Below, one piece after another: positions 47,173-61,925 of a stretch of 64,000 nucleotides of DNA (positions are counted from its first letter, which is position 1; each line of letters begins with the position of its first letter). The notes below the pieces were generated by a model. The model did no database searches. It was not told the DNA's origin and saw only the letters and a list, made by a program, of their open reading frames with translations. The position numbers and the translations under genes are program-made. The stretch spans positions 17,360,001 to 17,424,000 of the forward strand of contig CM120640.1 of assembly GCA_051362555.1 (NCBI GenBank). The letters run 5' to 3'. This DNA comes from Lingula anatina. Taxonomy: Eukaryota; Animalia; Brachiopoda.

Positions 47173-50100
47173 CATCTGGTAGGGCAGCAACATCGATAGT
47201 ATTTCCAAGTTGTGAAGACGTATTATGTTGGGACAGTATTTCGATGAAATTGTATGTGTGGATATTCAATATAAAAGTATGTTCTCAAACCTTGACAGCT
47301 TTCAGAGGATTCCATGTGAAATGTCTTCCTGTACATGTACTTAGAATGTATATAATATGTACATAATAATTTTTAAGATTAATATTTTGTATATGTTCTG
47401 TAAATGTTAAAGATACTTGTGTTCACAAGGTGGATGAAGTTGAACTACAAATTAATATTTATTGGTACATGTATATTTTGTTTGTTTTTTAATGCAAGTT
47501 TAAATGTGTAAGTGTTGAATTTTTACAGTTTACTATTGTGATATTTCGCACTTGGTCTATTATCAGATTAGAGCCAGTTGTCAGTTGTGTATGTTAAAGG
47601 ATTGATTGTATACATATGTGTGCCATCCGTATAAGGTTATTTCATGTAAATGATCATGACAGATGTAACCTTTTATAGGCCATTGTTGGCCTGGTAAGTG
47701 TCAAGTATTGTATTCCATAAAATGTATGAATAACACCATTTTGTTTTAGAAAAACGTGGCTAATGTTTGTTTCACTTTGTAACCATTCACTGGGTACAAT
47801 CATCGTATCTATGTTCTGAGCCTACCAGATTGAATGTACTGTTTAATGCACCCTGCATGAGTTCCAAAAGTCTTTGGAAAGTTGTTTCAATTATCAGCAT
47901 GCCTCTATTATTCCCAGTATACTGCACTGCACTGATAATAATTGTGGGTTTTCAGTGATCTCTGAAACTTTGGGTGGTCGGATGTGAGAATGGTTGATTT
48001 TAATTGTGTTAGGTGTTCCACAATGAAGCTGCACTGGTTGATATGGCAGATGACCACCCTGAATGCAACAGGAAGGGAATGCGATTCCATGCATGAAATT
48101 AGTGTTGCTTTGCTTAAGTCTTTTAAAGAGACAGCAGGAGAGAACAGATGAAAGCTTATAGATAGTATGTTTTCAGAGACACAATGCTGTTAACTGTGGG
48201 TGTTCATGCAGCGTGTGCATAGCTACCCATTAATCTTGATGAACTGATTTATGTCTCATCTGTTTTTCCAGACCAGAATGAATAGCCACATTTGTGCACA
48301 AGAGGATTATCATCCCACACAGAACATACTTGTATATAAACCATACTGTTTATGACCCAGTCACTCCAATCAAAGTACAGCACCATTTAGTTTTCTGCGA
48401 AATTCCTGTCTTCTCAGTTAAGTGAATCAGTTTCTGTAAGTTAGATTGAGTGTCCCAGAAAACTAGGTTATGATCATTCAATACAACAAACCACTATCTT
48501 ACAAAAAAGACACATTGGGTATTCATGAATGTTGTGGCCAGAAAGCATAAAACATAACAACATTGCCAAGTTCTTGGAATCATGTGGGTTTCAATGGTTT
48601 CATGTGTAACCTATATGTCAGTTCAGCAGATTGTAGGGCAATTTTTCTTGTTACCTCAATAATTGAATTTATTCCAAGAAATTAGATAATTTACTTGGAA
48701 CTTCAAGTGTACTGCGCACGCTATACGAAACAAATACATACACAAATGCTGCCGCCTGATTAATGATAGTTTGGGGGTTTAACATTTAAAAACTAATATA
48801 TTTTTTTTGAAAAAATCAAAGTAAAAAAATTGAAAGAAAAATACTTGGCTTTTTTTAAACCAGTTTCCATTCAGTATTTGATCAGTATTTTTAACATCTA
48901 AGCAAATGAGATGGAACCAAATTTGTGATATAAAACTACAACACACGCATTCATTAGCATACTTAACTAAATACAAAATATACCAAATATTAACACCTGA
49001 TGCTGAATCACAATGACTCAGGATTATGGAAAAACAAACCAATACTTACAGTTTTATGTGATTTGGATTTGGTTAAACAGATGTATTGTTTTATTAATGT
49101 TAAAAACAAAAAATTTGCTAAGATGACCTAAGTAATGGTACACAATAAGTTTATAATTGCACATGTACATAGTCACTATGGGGTTCACAGAGTGCAGACC
49201 AGTGATTGTTTTATGAGTAATTTTGGTAAGCGTCATTAAATATCAAGTCATATTCTGTGATATAATGTATACATTTAATGATTTTTTCCATCAAAAACAA
49301 AGCACTTGTACTGAAATAGAAAAAAGAAAATACTCCCATTGAACTTTGTTATTATTTTATATTAGACTTGTCTGGCAACAGTACTTTAAAAGTGGAACCC
49401 ACATTTCTTCTGTAGACACATTTCTATTGCTGCAGTCAGTTGCACATTAACTGAAAATTAAAGTATAAATATCTGTAATGCAGCATAAAGTATCCTTAGT
49501 TTGAGGACAACCCATTCAGTTGATAAGGCTGACTTGCTTAATTGTGGCCATTTAGTGCTCAAATTCCATTATCTCTGTCCCAAGAGGCTCACCATAATTT
49601 ACCAGATGGTATGTCGTAAGAAATGTACATCAGTTGTGGTATATAGAGTAATAGAAATAAAAGCCTTTTGGAAGTATGATTAGTTGTTCCTGGGTATTGC
49701 TTAGAGCCTAATCATGTTGTATTGGAATTCTTAACTTCCCATAGTCATGCAAGTTTTTTTTCTTTTTCACTTTTGCAAATAGTTTTCACAAATTATTTCC
49801 GATTCTTATTCTTACAAGTTTTCTTGGGTGATGAGCAGCTGTATGACACTTCTGTGAATTCACCTGGGGGAAGCGGATGCAGTAAATTGATTTGATGTGT
49901 GATGATATCAAGAAGTTGGTTGTCAATGCGTCAAACTGCTCTGCATTTAAAAAAGCGACTGACATAAAAAAGAAGAAATGCACAGTCAGCATAAGGTTCT
50001 CCACTTGGTTTATGTGTAGAAAATGTAGTGTATGACTTCTCACAAGTCCCTCAAGACATCCAGCTATACATAGCTCCATTTAGAACAGATGATGGGAGTT

Positions 50101-51194
50101 TGAGATTTTTGGGCCAGTCAGATGTTAATCAGGAAACATAACTGTAATCTGCATGTTGTGAGATTGTTTGCAATTACAGAGTGGAGCTTTTGCAGATCTT
50201 ATCACCTGTATCTTTATCAGTGGCATGATATTTTAGGTGGCTTAAATTCTTATTTTTGTTTCTCATATTTTCTAACAATTTTGCCATATGAAATGTACAT
50301 GAAATAATTAATTGCTTTTAGCTTGGACCTATGATTAAAGTATCATGGGTCCAGTGTTTCAGATACATTTACAGGAAGCATCTCTCAGACAAATATGTCA
50401 GCTCAGGGGGCCTTGCTTTGAGAATTTTTTGTTGAACACAATGGTTGATTAGAACTGACAGATGCAGGGTATTACAGAGAAATTTCAGTGGACACCAAGT
50501 GCCCCCTCCTCCCTCAACCCACCCTGCGTCTGCTTGCGATTATTACCCCAAATACATGTACAGCAAATAAGAAAACAAGAAATTAATTTGGTTATATCTT
50601 TGATAATGGTGTTTGGATGGATGGATATTCTGGTTAAATCTATGGCTTTACATGAAATTATGGTGCAGCACAATTTTGTATGTGTAACTGCACTTTTGAT
50701 ATCATATAATGGTACATATGGCAGTAAGTCTGTTATGCTATATATTTGCCCCTTGGGTATAGTAAACTTCAACCACATTGCTCAGATAGGTAGAACAAAA
50801 TAAACAGCTGAAATCTCGTTGATGAATCATTAATAAAGTTTGTCTGGTTTTTGATTGATTAATTGTGACAAGAAGGTGGATGTTGGCAATTTTGTCCAGA
50901 TCGAGGTTGTTCTTTGAATATTTTAAACAAACAAAAAAACTGAGCAACTTCATGATATAGAATATCTAAGGAAATAAACATTTTATTCAGTTAAGTTTAT
51001 AAGTTACATAAAACTAGGTACAGTGATACAAAAGATACATAAGTGCTCAACTGTGACCATTGTTGTAAGATATAATTTTACTGCAAATAAACTGAGTGCC
51101 AGGAATTCATTTCTTTATAACCAGGTAATTCCAAAGAGATTGTTGTCATAAATGACAGTAGGAACATTCCTGTGGAAATGAAATACTCAAATAT

Positions 51195-51338
51195 CAGGCC
51201 CGTAGCCAGGGGGTTTCGGGGGGTTCGAAAGGGTCCACTCTGGGTAAAATTTGATCTAGGTACATGAGGTTTTTATGGGAAATGGTCCACTTTTTCAGAA
51301 AAAGAACCCCCCTTTTGAAATTGCTGGCTATGGGCCTG
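51195..51338. mobile_element. 144-bp MITE with CAGG...CCTG ends and a 5-bp TSD (hAT5-like)
   Basis: aatat|caggcccgtagccag ... ctggctatgggcctg|aatat; 15-bp TIR with one mismatch. Confidence 0.88.
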
Positions 51339-53889
51339 AATATAGTGTTTTTTTCTCTGCACTGTATCTCAACTTTGCTTTCATCAACTCAATTCATCCA
51401 TTAATACTTAAAACAACAGTATAAAAATAGCAGACAGAATTTTTGTAACAATTAAAAGTAGATATCTAAAATGCAGGAGTTAAAATTACAGAAGGTAGCA
51501 CCATCATATCAGACAACATTATCACTTTTGAACCTTCAGTTCCCAAAGAAAAATCTCATTCCTTCTTAGCAATAGTGACATATCATAGCTACAAACAACA
51601 GACAGTAAAATAACACAGGAACTGAGGGTGTATATAATAAATTAGGAATGTTTTTATTGGTATTAAATGTGTAATACTTTTGAGGGATATTCAATTATTA
51701 ATTAAAGTCATTCATAACTGTTTCTTTGTGACCTTAAATTATGAGTGTTTCATGGACGCAGTGTTACACACTAGTGCATTTTGGTGGTTGGAATGTTCAT
51801 TATTTTAATATTTGTTCTCAGGTTAAATGACCTACTCGCCCTGTATTTCAGAAAAAAACTGGAAATTCTGGGTGCAATAGCTATAATAATGTTAAAAAGA
51901 GCAAAAAACTATTTCCACCCTCAAACAACTTAAAACAAAATGACATAAGACAAAGAAACTTTCAAACCAGTGAATGACCAGTGAATGACCAGCCGATTGA
52001 GCTGTCATACCAGTGAATCTTTACTTTTTCTTTAAACATTAAAATTTTCATGTTTTGAAGGCAGTTGATTGTATGATTATTAGGATAAATCTCAAATGAT
52101 TATACTTCATAATATGCTTAATATGACAGCTAGAACATCTTAATCAAATGTTGTAACATTGTGAGCTAAAATGATAGTTTGTTCATGAATTCAACAAGAT
52201 ACATTTTTTAAATAAATAGTTGCTTATCATAATACTCCATATTGATCTTATAATTTGAGTGTTTTTCTTTCAGTATTATGGACCATTCAGTAGACATATT
52301 TTGGCATTGAAGTATAGCCCAAAATACTAAATAAATTAAAATGAAATGATATACAAGCACTGATGAAATGACTTAAAACATAGAAAACAATGTCAAGTGA
52401 ACAGTGTATTGATATAGATAAGTGTACCATGCTACATGTAGTCTAAGTTTCAATTGTGAAATTCTTATTCAGAATAAACCATAGAATAACTTTTTTTTAC
52501 TTAGTGACAGATTTGGTCTTTAAATGGAGCAGCCAACCCAGAAAACTTTTTATATGAATTATGTAACATGATGAAGTATGATCAAAATTTAACAATACAA
52601 TAAATCCATGAATAAATGAATTGGAAATATAAAAAACACAAGCAACTTTTTTAAAATTCATTTCTTTATAATAAATAAAATGAATTCTAACTAAGAATTT
52701 CAACTACTTAAAGTCATGATAATATGGTACTGTAATTGCACATAAACTCACACTATACCATTCAACATGGGTTGCATGGTATAGTGTTTTTGGGTGTGAT
52801 AGTTACAAGTGAGTGTACTTTGAGTGTAAAAAAGGTTGTTTTTAGCTGATAAGACATATTCAGAATATACAGTGCTACTGTTAGTGCAAACTTCATGTTT
52901 ATAAGTCATCAGTAGAGTCTACTGTTTTTTGACACAAAACTCATATAGATGGTATATTGTTCAACTTAATGCAGCTTAGCACCATGTTCCATAAGACTGC
53001 ATTCCAGGTTCTTAACCAATATAGAAATCACTAATACATGATTTTTCAGAAGTTACTTACTCCAAAGAGAAAATTCAGGCCATCTCCTCGTTTCAGTTTC
53101 TTATTGCCAGTGACTCACAAAGTGTTGTTCCTCTGAGAATATTTTTTCTTGAAACTGATAAGGTCTTTAGCTAATCCAGCTGGAGCTATATTTTTAGGTA
53201 TCGCACTTTGATAAGCCGCCAATGGTAAAGAAATGTAATTAGAATTTTTTATCTTTTCAACAAGTGGATTTGTCTTCGTTAAATGTTCTAAAATTAGAGC
53301 TTTTTCTGTCAGAGGTGATACACATCAAGCAGCCAATCATGACATCACTTTGGAAGAATTCTAGGACATTTTATTCAAAGCCCACGGGAAACTTCAGACC
53401 CTGCACAATGTTGCTTTAGCTTACTATTCCTGTGCTAAGGACTGTCTGGCACAACTCTTACAGCTTGCTACAGTAATGAACAGCTAACTACCTGGGTCAT
53501 TCTCTTATCTGTACTCTATTTCTTGGCAGAGAGCTGGTTTGAATTCAAGGAATTCTTTTTCAGTCAACTTGTGGTGTATCATCAGATATATATCTACATG
53601 CACACCATGTGGTTTTGCCTCTGGTGGGTGTTATTTTAGATATTTTGCTGGATGACAAGATCTGCAGGCGAATGGTTGAATGGAAACATTTCTGAATGAG
53701 TAGTATATCCAACTCTTACTTCTTTTTCAACAAAAGAACAGTTATTGCAGACTTGATGAAAAATATACCTGTTTTAAATCTATGGCCATGACCTTGACTC
53801 CCTAAAAGCCAAAATTACTGAACGTGCATGTGAAACAAAGTTTGCAGAAATTTGTGTTACTAGTATCTTTGTTGAGTGTTATTGACAAG

Positions 53890-54013
53890 ATAATTCTTTG
53901 TAACAACGTGTTAGTTGTGACATGTTAGTTTTGACAATTCAGTGGTTGTGACAATGTGTTGGTTGTGACAATGACAATTGGTTAGCTGTGATAATGCCTT
54001 TTTTTGTGACAAC
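53890..54013. repeat. Degenerate ~17-bp tandem repeat (gttgtgacaat core) just downstream of the synaptotagmin stop
   Basis: About 6-7 copies of ttgtgaca-like cores (gttagttgtgaca, ggttgtgacaat x2, ttttgtgacaac). Confidence 0.7.
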
Positions 54014-54287
54014 AAGGCTGTGCACCTGGTATTTTACAGTAAACCTACATACATCATACCAGTAAATGCCTTGTCTTCCCTTTGTTTAGAAAAAAAGTTT
54101 CATTCCAAAAAAGATTCATTTCAGCAAGGTAAAAGTTCCTTAAGCAGAGAATTACCAAAAGCTCTATTACTCAGTAACTTCACAACACCAGGCATTCTCA
54201 ACCATTTGGACATCAAACCTTTCCTCTCACCGTGCCAAATCTCAGAGAAATTCATAGTCTGTTCAAAAATCATATTCACGGGTGACA

Positions 54288-57200
54288 TCATTTGCCAGAA
54301 CATCCTAGAATTAGATTTTTCTGTCCTGGTGAACAGCCTAGAATATGTTTTCCATTTGGTGTCTTGTCGTTTGATGCTCCTGGAACATGCTCCTGTAATA
54401 CATACCAGCGTGCAATTGGTTTACGTGGACTCTCCAGCATTTCGTACCAGTGGTCGTACCCCAGACCTACATAGCATGGACCCACAGCACAACAGCCTAT
54501 CAGTTCATTGTTACCAACTCTGAAATGGTTTGAATTTCTGTACATATACTAACTCATATTGTTATAACCTTTAAAACGTGTTAATACATATGAAAAGTGG
54601 ACTCCTCTCAGATGATGAATAAGATGTACATTGTAATGTATAACATGCATACAGTCATACTTATTTTAATGAATATTTTATTTTTTACAAAAATTGCAGA
54701 CCAATTTAATTTTTTTAATAGACAAAATGCATGTTCTCTGAAAAAATGATGTCAAAAAAGTCACTGAAAAAATTAACAAGTTGTACCTGTCATAATCAAT
54801 GACTTTGATGATAAGGGAGACATCCTCAACATTCTCTTGTGGGACATCAAACACCAAAGCTTCATTATATACTGGGTTAAGGGTATTTTTCTTCACTGAT
54901 GTCTTTTTCTTTTTGATCCTTTTACCTTGGCACATAAGAGCTACTTTCACATAGGGATCTGAAAATAAATAACCCTTATGCCTACAACAAATATATATAG
55001 TTAATGATGATAAATTTGATTATATTGATGGTTTTATTTCACTGCAGTGGCATACAGACTTGAGTGCAGACACTGTCGTTACTCAAATTTTTATTGTGTT
55101 GCGTAAATTGAGTACATTTGTGATGCATAATGTTAAATTTACTGGAAGCTTTATATTAATCAAATAAGGAAGCTCATATCTTGTTTTCTCTATTTTGTCA
55201 CGTACACTATTCAATTTTTATTGTTGTCTGTGTTTGGAAACACTTGGTGCATATTGTTGACTTGAACAGTATCATACTAACACAAGAGGCAACTTTGACC
55301 AAACTGTGTCAGTTGTGTCCATGTGTTAGGGTTAACATTGCATCCATTGTGTCATTTATAGCCTAGGGTATTGTGGTGGATCCAGCCACTGTTTCAAGAG
55401 AGTTTTAAAGCCAAGTGTCATGGTCATACATATCATATAAGCATAATACTGGGTATTTTGTATTTATGAAACTGGGTGGTTCTGTTATCAAAATTTCCAT
55501 AGATAATAAAGTCATTAGTATATTTTGCCTGGAAAACAAACAGCAAGGTTACAACTTTTTAGTATGGGCTGATAGAATATGTGGAAATGTGGGATTCAAT
55601 GTCCTTTTCTCAGTTTTAAGTTCAAGGACTTTGGTGACATTTGACATCAAAAACATGATTTTATTCTAGATGCATGTCATTTAGAAAGAACCACTTGGGT
55701 TGCCTAATACACTCTTTTTTTACTGGAAAGCTGTATAGTATGGAAACTTGTAACTTGGGATATCATTGATGGCATTGTGTATATTGTGAGATTGCCATAG
55801 ATGTGAACATGTGCTAGCCAGTTATTACCTGAGGCTCCCATGACATCCATTGCCTTAAGATTTCTTGCCTTAACCATGGTGACGGTGAGTCTGCCAGCTG
55901 TTGGCAGGTAACACAGAGACAGCATCAGCTCACCTAGGTCCACTTTCTCCTGAAATAACATATTAGTTACAGCTTAACAAGACACTGCTCATAAAGGTAG
56001 ACTTTCTCCTTTACCGAGTTTCAAGCATGGCAAACTCGCACTGGTAGTGTTAGATTGCGTTCAAAACGGCAGACTACCAGATCCGTGAATCAAATATGGG
56101 GAACCACTAAAAAGCTTGATGCTAAATTCCCAATTAGACACAGAATAGATTCCCTGTGGGGATTATGGAACAAGCATTCAAGTGGGTCGGCCATGTTTGA
56201 TTCGCAGATTTGTTAGTCCACTGTTCAATGTAGCTATTATGCTTGGCTATTATTTGGCGGACTTGGTATTATACTTAAAAGGGCTTGTGATATTACCTGT
56301 AAATACTTATGATTATGATTTATCATATAGTACACCCTAATTGTTTATAATATTTACAATTAAAATTGCATCAGAAAAAAGGAAAGAAAGCCCAAAGAGC
56401 TGAAAGTAAATCCAACACTACACGGTACAGATCTGTTTTGGAGGTTGGAGAATTATTATAGGTCTGATATGGTGTGCATGTTCATAAGCATTAGAAATGA
56501 CAATTTATGTGCTTGGTATGACTGTGTTGAGTAAAAAAAATATCCCCATCTTCCTTTAGGGGCACGAAATGTGGAAAGTTTTAAAATTAATTATGCCGTA
56601 AAAGCATTAAGCATCATAGTGCCATGCGTCATAGATATTAATTACATGTACGTGAAAGAGAACAGGCTCTGTACCAGTTACTGTTGAGCGAAATTAAAAT
56701 CTCAAAGGACGTTATGTTTTAGAGGAAGCAGTCCATTACAACTACAGACGTAGGTGATTTAATAATGAAGCTCTCTGCAGGGATATTTAATGCTCTTTTG
56801 AGGGTATACATGAGTGTTGAAATCTAATTTTCTTAGCTGAATTTGAACTCCAGAGTACCACTGCAGGTCAGTTCAACAGTATATAACTTACTTGTTTTTT
56901 AAACTAAAGATGTGTTTCACTAGGAATCTACCATGAAACAGGAACTTTAAATTGTTATATGTGTACCAACCTGTGTGTTATACAGCACATCTTTTGTAAT
57001 TTCTGTTTCTTTAGATAGATCCGACTCTGCTAGGAGATCTTTCACGACCACGTGCCCTATCAAATCATGCCGTGAAAAACGATCAAAGTCATAAATGCTA
57101 AATTGCAGCATCCTCTGGCCCAGATCAGAATATGGCAGGGGAAATACAAACAATTCATTAAACTCTGGATCCAATGTTTTGCGATGCACTTTTGTCTGAA

Positions 57201-59610
57201 ACTTCTTTTTTCTGTCTGGTAACAAGTAAACTTTTACATATGGGTCAGAAGTACCAGAGAAATCCTTTGCTGGTAGGCCTTGTGCCCGTAATACATTGAT
57301 AATAAGTGCCTCCCTTTCCTGCTCATATTTCATGGAAAATGTCAGCTGTCCACACACTCTTGTTTCTCCGGAGGAACTCTCAGAGATGGCATATCTGTAC
57401 AGTTCAGGTTTAAGTTTGCCTAGAGTTGGTTGTTCTTTGTGCTTCACACTTTGTACACTGAACTCAATTTTGGACAGGTCCACTTGACACGCCATCTGAC
57501 GCTGAAAACTCCAGTGTCGCTGGGGCACTGTCGGCAGAGTAGTCTGACGTAAAACTTTACTGCTGCGGATGGACTTAGTGTCACTGTCACTTCCAGCATC
57601 AGACTTATCCAAATCGGGTAAACTGTGGCTGATTTTAATATATGTTGTGTCAAGAGGTGTCTTGGAAAATGTCCACTGATTTTTGTTGAAATTCAACATT
57701 GTTTTTCCCTTGCGTCTGCAGCAGACCACCATGATGATAATTGCTATGAGAACTCCACAAACTACAAGGATGATGGTGATGATGAGGGTGAGATCTGAAA
57801 AGATAAATTTGAATTGGTCATTTTGAGTTATTCCTACAGAAGTAAGAATACGAAGCAAAATTTGTTTGGCCCTGTCATAAAGAACATAAAGATCAAGGTT
57901 TAAGGTACCCATAATAAGATTTTCCCACAAAAAAACTCATACTTAACAAGTTCTCTTGGGCTAAACAGTATTTTTCCAACTATACCAGGCACTAGCCATA
58001 ACTTTGTAACAACCTAAAGAAATGATAAGTACTAAACCCACTCTTAAGTGTGGGTTTATCTATGTCCACAATCACTTTGAGCACTGGCTTCCAATTTTGA
58101 TTGTGACTCAAAACTGTGTGAAGATGTTTGAAACTGGTGGCAAGGTTTGTCAGGAGGCGATAAATTTGGATTTTTTTTATTGGTAATATTTCATTTATGT
58201 ATTTTTGTGAAAAAATTAATATTACACGTTCTTAGATAAGTGCAACAAGAGAGTTATGTATGTACTTTCAAAGAAAAAAACATGTTTCACTTTTGTCCTT
58301 GTAAGTTTCCATTTTCCTGTACATTCCACCTATATACTAGTAAGTTACAAGATTGATGTTATTTGTACTAGTTCTGGCGCTAATGCTCTGTGGAGTCGAA
58401 CTCATGGCAGCCTCCTTTGTCTTCAAGGTTATTTGTGAAAAAGTTGCAAATACATATCTGCATGTTTTCTCATGACTTGATGTGAAAAGCAAAAATTTAG
58501 AACAACCAGTTTCATGGAAAGAAAAAACCAAAAAAAAAAAACCAAGTGACAGTCATTGTACTGTGCAAAACCCTGCAAACGATCCTCTCAAAGCTAGTCA
58601 TGATGCGTGTACACTCACGGACGTCTTAGAACACCTAACAACACATACCGAGTAAAAATCATGCATGGCTTCTTTCTGGTGGAGTAATCAATAAGGGAAA
58701 AAGTGAAATATTCATTTTTCTTATTTAGGCCCTCTAAACCAAATTTCAAGGGCACTTTTTTGAAATTTTGCACCTTTAGCTAAGCAGCATGCCTCAAAAT
58801 GAGGGGAACGATGCGATGCCACAGCCCAGATATAACACTTCTCCTTATTAAGTTATTACCTCCATCATAACGAAAGGGGTTCAATAGTGACAAAAAAAAT
58901 GCACATTTTGGGGGCAAGTGAAAGTTAACGGAGGACATGTGAAACTTGGCAGCAACGTAAGCAATGAACTTTTAACATGAACTTTTTTCTTCCCATGGGC
59001 TTAATTGACTTCTTCACTGCTTTGCTGATGTAAGACGTATGGCCTGTTACTGCAACCACAATCGGCTTATTACTCATTAACTTTGCACCACCCCCTCATG
59101 GTAACGACCCTTATAATTACCAACTGAGGCGTGGCTTAGTCATCAAAGTGTAGTGGTTAAAAAATTTATCAAAAGACACATCTTTTTATCTATACTACAA
59201 AAAAAAAAAAAAAAAAAAATTCATTCAAAGTTAGATACTTTTTTGATTAATGTAAACCCACGAAAAACTCAAAAACATGATTTTTAGGCCATTTTACCAT
59301 ACTTCCCATGCTACTTCAGAAGTTCCCATACTACGTTTTTCCTGATTAATGAAACATGATATAGTTACAGGTACATTAGATCTCTGTATCTCATTCAGTC
59401 AGATATATCTTATCACCTGCTTTGCATTCACTGTTACTGTGACTCAAGGCTCAGAGAATATTTTTTTCACCTTTGATGCCCCTTTCATGTATACTCACCT
59501 GTTGGTGGTGGTTTCATCTCAGTCATCATGGAGTTGATGTCACCTTGTCGAGTTGTCCCCTTTGTCTCTGCTGTGACACCACCCAGTTGGTCATGGTTGC
59601 TGGCTACCAT
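54288..59610 (-). CDS. Synaptotagmin, SYT6/9/10-like class (TM + C2A + C2B)
   Basis: Exons 59610(ATG; exon begins 59623)-59499, 57794-56971, 55949-55829, 54958-54787, 54519-54288. [25 protein letters not shown]; linker ISHSLPD and LGKLKPELY; C2[51 protein letters not shown]; C2[64 protein letters not shown]. The start codon is uncertain because the frame stays open back to the acceptor. Confidence 0.92.
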
Positions 59611-60766
59611 AACTGCGCCAACTCTGAAGATAAATTTATTTCAAACCTAGAGAAACAATGTCAGTTTTTCTCTTTCAAACCAACAGGAAGTTTCATTGAA
59701 GACAACAGCAAGGTTTCAGTATTTGCCTTTTCACTCCTGTAGGTTCCTAGATGGATTTCCAATAACTCTCTCCACACGTGAAACCAGAGTTAATGCATCT
59801 ATTGAAGGTAATCTGCAGGAAAAAAAAACTGCTTCCCTGTTACACATCTACATGCATGAAAAGCGTACTTCACACAAGCTTTCAAAGGCACTGAAGCCAG
59901 GCAATCTGGATCTGTAGTCAAGACGTAAATCCAGGAGTCGGATCAGGTGGTAACTAAGAACTGTCACTCAATCCCAAAGAGTACTAAGAAATGAGTGCTA
60001 GGAAAAAGTTCATGTGAGGTTTTCACTGCTAGTGATTAAAATTAATGATTTCAATTAATGACTCTCTTTGAGATGCCTGCAATGCAATGCAATGTGCAGG
60101 ATGTTGACAGGCCAGAGACTTGTTGCTGGCCAATACTTGTCTATTTGGTACAATAGATATAAATTAATATACATAAAAGTCCACTTAGTATGGCATTATT
60201 GTTTGTCAATTTACATGCCTGGATCCCTAGATTTTGTTTACATCTAAATTTTCTCTTAAGTATTTTGACTAATACAAGCTCCTCCATCTATGCATGATAT
60301 CCTAAATTAATTTTTGTTGTAAACTAGATAAAAATCTACACTGTGACCAAAACAATATAACACAATTTTATCCTCAGTCTCACATTTTTCTATTCATCTG
60401 CCATGCCTGGAGATTTTCCGGAGCACCTGGATGCTTTTAGTAACCTAAAACAACAGAATATGAAAGTGTAAGATCCTGTCAAACCTCCATTTATCTTTCT
60501 ACCCATTACATTTTTGTCTTTGTTAATATGTGTTACTGGGTAGTTTATTTTATGTAGTGTTGATAACTATAAAATATATGAAATATTCATTTCATTGGTT
60601 TATTGGTCGAAAAAGAAAGCTTCTTAACTCTTTTTGTTGCATTCTTGATAAATTATAGATTAAGTCTAATAAAGATTGTAGCACAGAAATCGAGGGCTCC
60701 AAATGTATCAACTTATTAATGTCATATATATCCTCTTGAAACAGAAAAATTAGATTGCATCAACTT

Positions 60767-61925
60767 ATCATCATCATTGAGTGCCATCCATTCTCAGCAG
60801 GTTGGCTGTTATGCATTGCCATGCCTCTCAATCTTGTCTTTCCCTATACTTTTAGATCATTCTTTTATGTTGTCCATTTATGTTATTTTTGGTCTTCCTT
60901 TCTCAGGTTTCCCAATTAAGTTTCCTTCATTTTCCTATGCTGCAAATTATCTTTTCTTATTATATGACCAAAGTAAATTAATTTTTTTTTTTTTTTTTTT
61001 GATGGTGTTCAATAATGATCTTTTTATTTTTAGATTATTTAGCATTTCCTCATTACTTTTGTGTTCAGTCCATGATATTTTTAACATCCTTTGAAACATT
61101 TTCTTCTGCTTCAACATACCGAAAAAAAAGCCCATCCATGTTATTTTTGGTCTTCCCTTCCCAGGTTTCCCAATTAACTTTCCTTCATTTTCTTCTGCTG
61201 CAAATTATCTTTTCTTATTATGTGTATAAGTAAATCAATTTTCGTTTTTTTTCTGATGGTGTTCAATAATGATCTTTTTATTTTTAGATTATTTAGCATT
61301 TTCTCATTACTTTTGTGTTCAGTCCATGATATTTTTAACATCCTTTGAATTCTGTGTATCCACATTTCAAACATTTCCATTTTTTTTATTGTTGTTTTTG
61401 TTAGTGTACATGCCTCTGAGCTGTATAAAAGTGTAACATTTAATGATCTGTAGCCTTAGATTGATGGTAATATTTTGCTAATAACTTTTGCTAAGCTTTC
61501 AAAAGCTGAGCTTGCAATTTCTATTCTTTTTATTTCTCTTCAATTGTCTGTTGCCATATAACCCAGGTATACCATGCTGCTGACTTGTTGAATTGGTTTT
61601 CCTTCTATGCTGATAGTAACCTATGGCACTGGATTTTTTCTGCTCACACCCATTCCTTTTGCCTTATAATGTTCATTTCCATTCGGTATGGTTTTTCTTT
61701 TTCATTGACTGACGTTGTTAACTCTTGTGAGTCTGAATTAGTTTCTGTTAACAAAGCTATATCATATGCACATCTCAGATTATTTATATTGATTCCTCCT
61801 ACAATGTATATTCACACCTTTTATATCTTCAACTTCTCTTAATATTTTTTCAGTAAACAAGTTGAATTAATTTGGTGATATAGCAAAACCATACCATACC
61901 CCTTTCTTTATTTTGAATTCAACTT
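60767..61925 (-). mobile_element. 5'-truncated, decayed RTE-clade LINE (RT C-terminal half plus 3' tail)
   Basis: The minus strand gives IKKGVWYGFAISP..FNLFTEKILRE, INNLRCAYD (degenerate YADD), YLGY, EIARSAF-like, LLYSSEA, FEMWI.R.MLKISWTEHKSNEEML. The 3' end is cagccaacctgctgagaatggatggcact followed by a (gat)n tail. Many stops and frameshifts. Confidence 0.88.

Noticed and set aside
53978-54523. 181-aa plus-strand ORF
   Set aside because: Antisense to the synaptotagmin last exon and UTR, starts at a non-ATG codon, and has no recognisable domain.
58033-58058. Hairpin taaacccac..gtgggttta as a second HINE terminus
   Set aside because: The partner motif near 59254 is in the wrong orientation for the HINE layout; the element boundaries cannot be supported.
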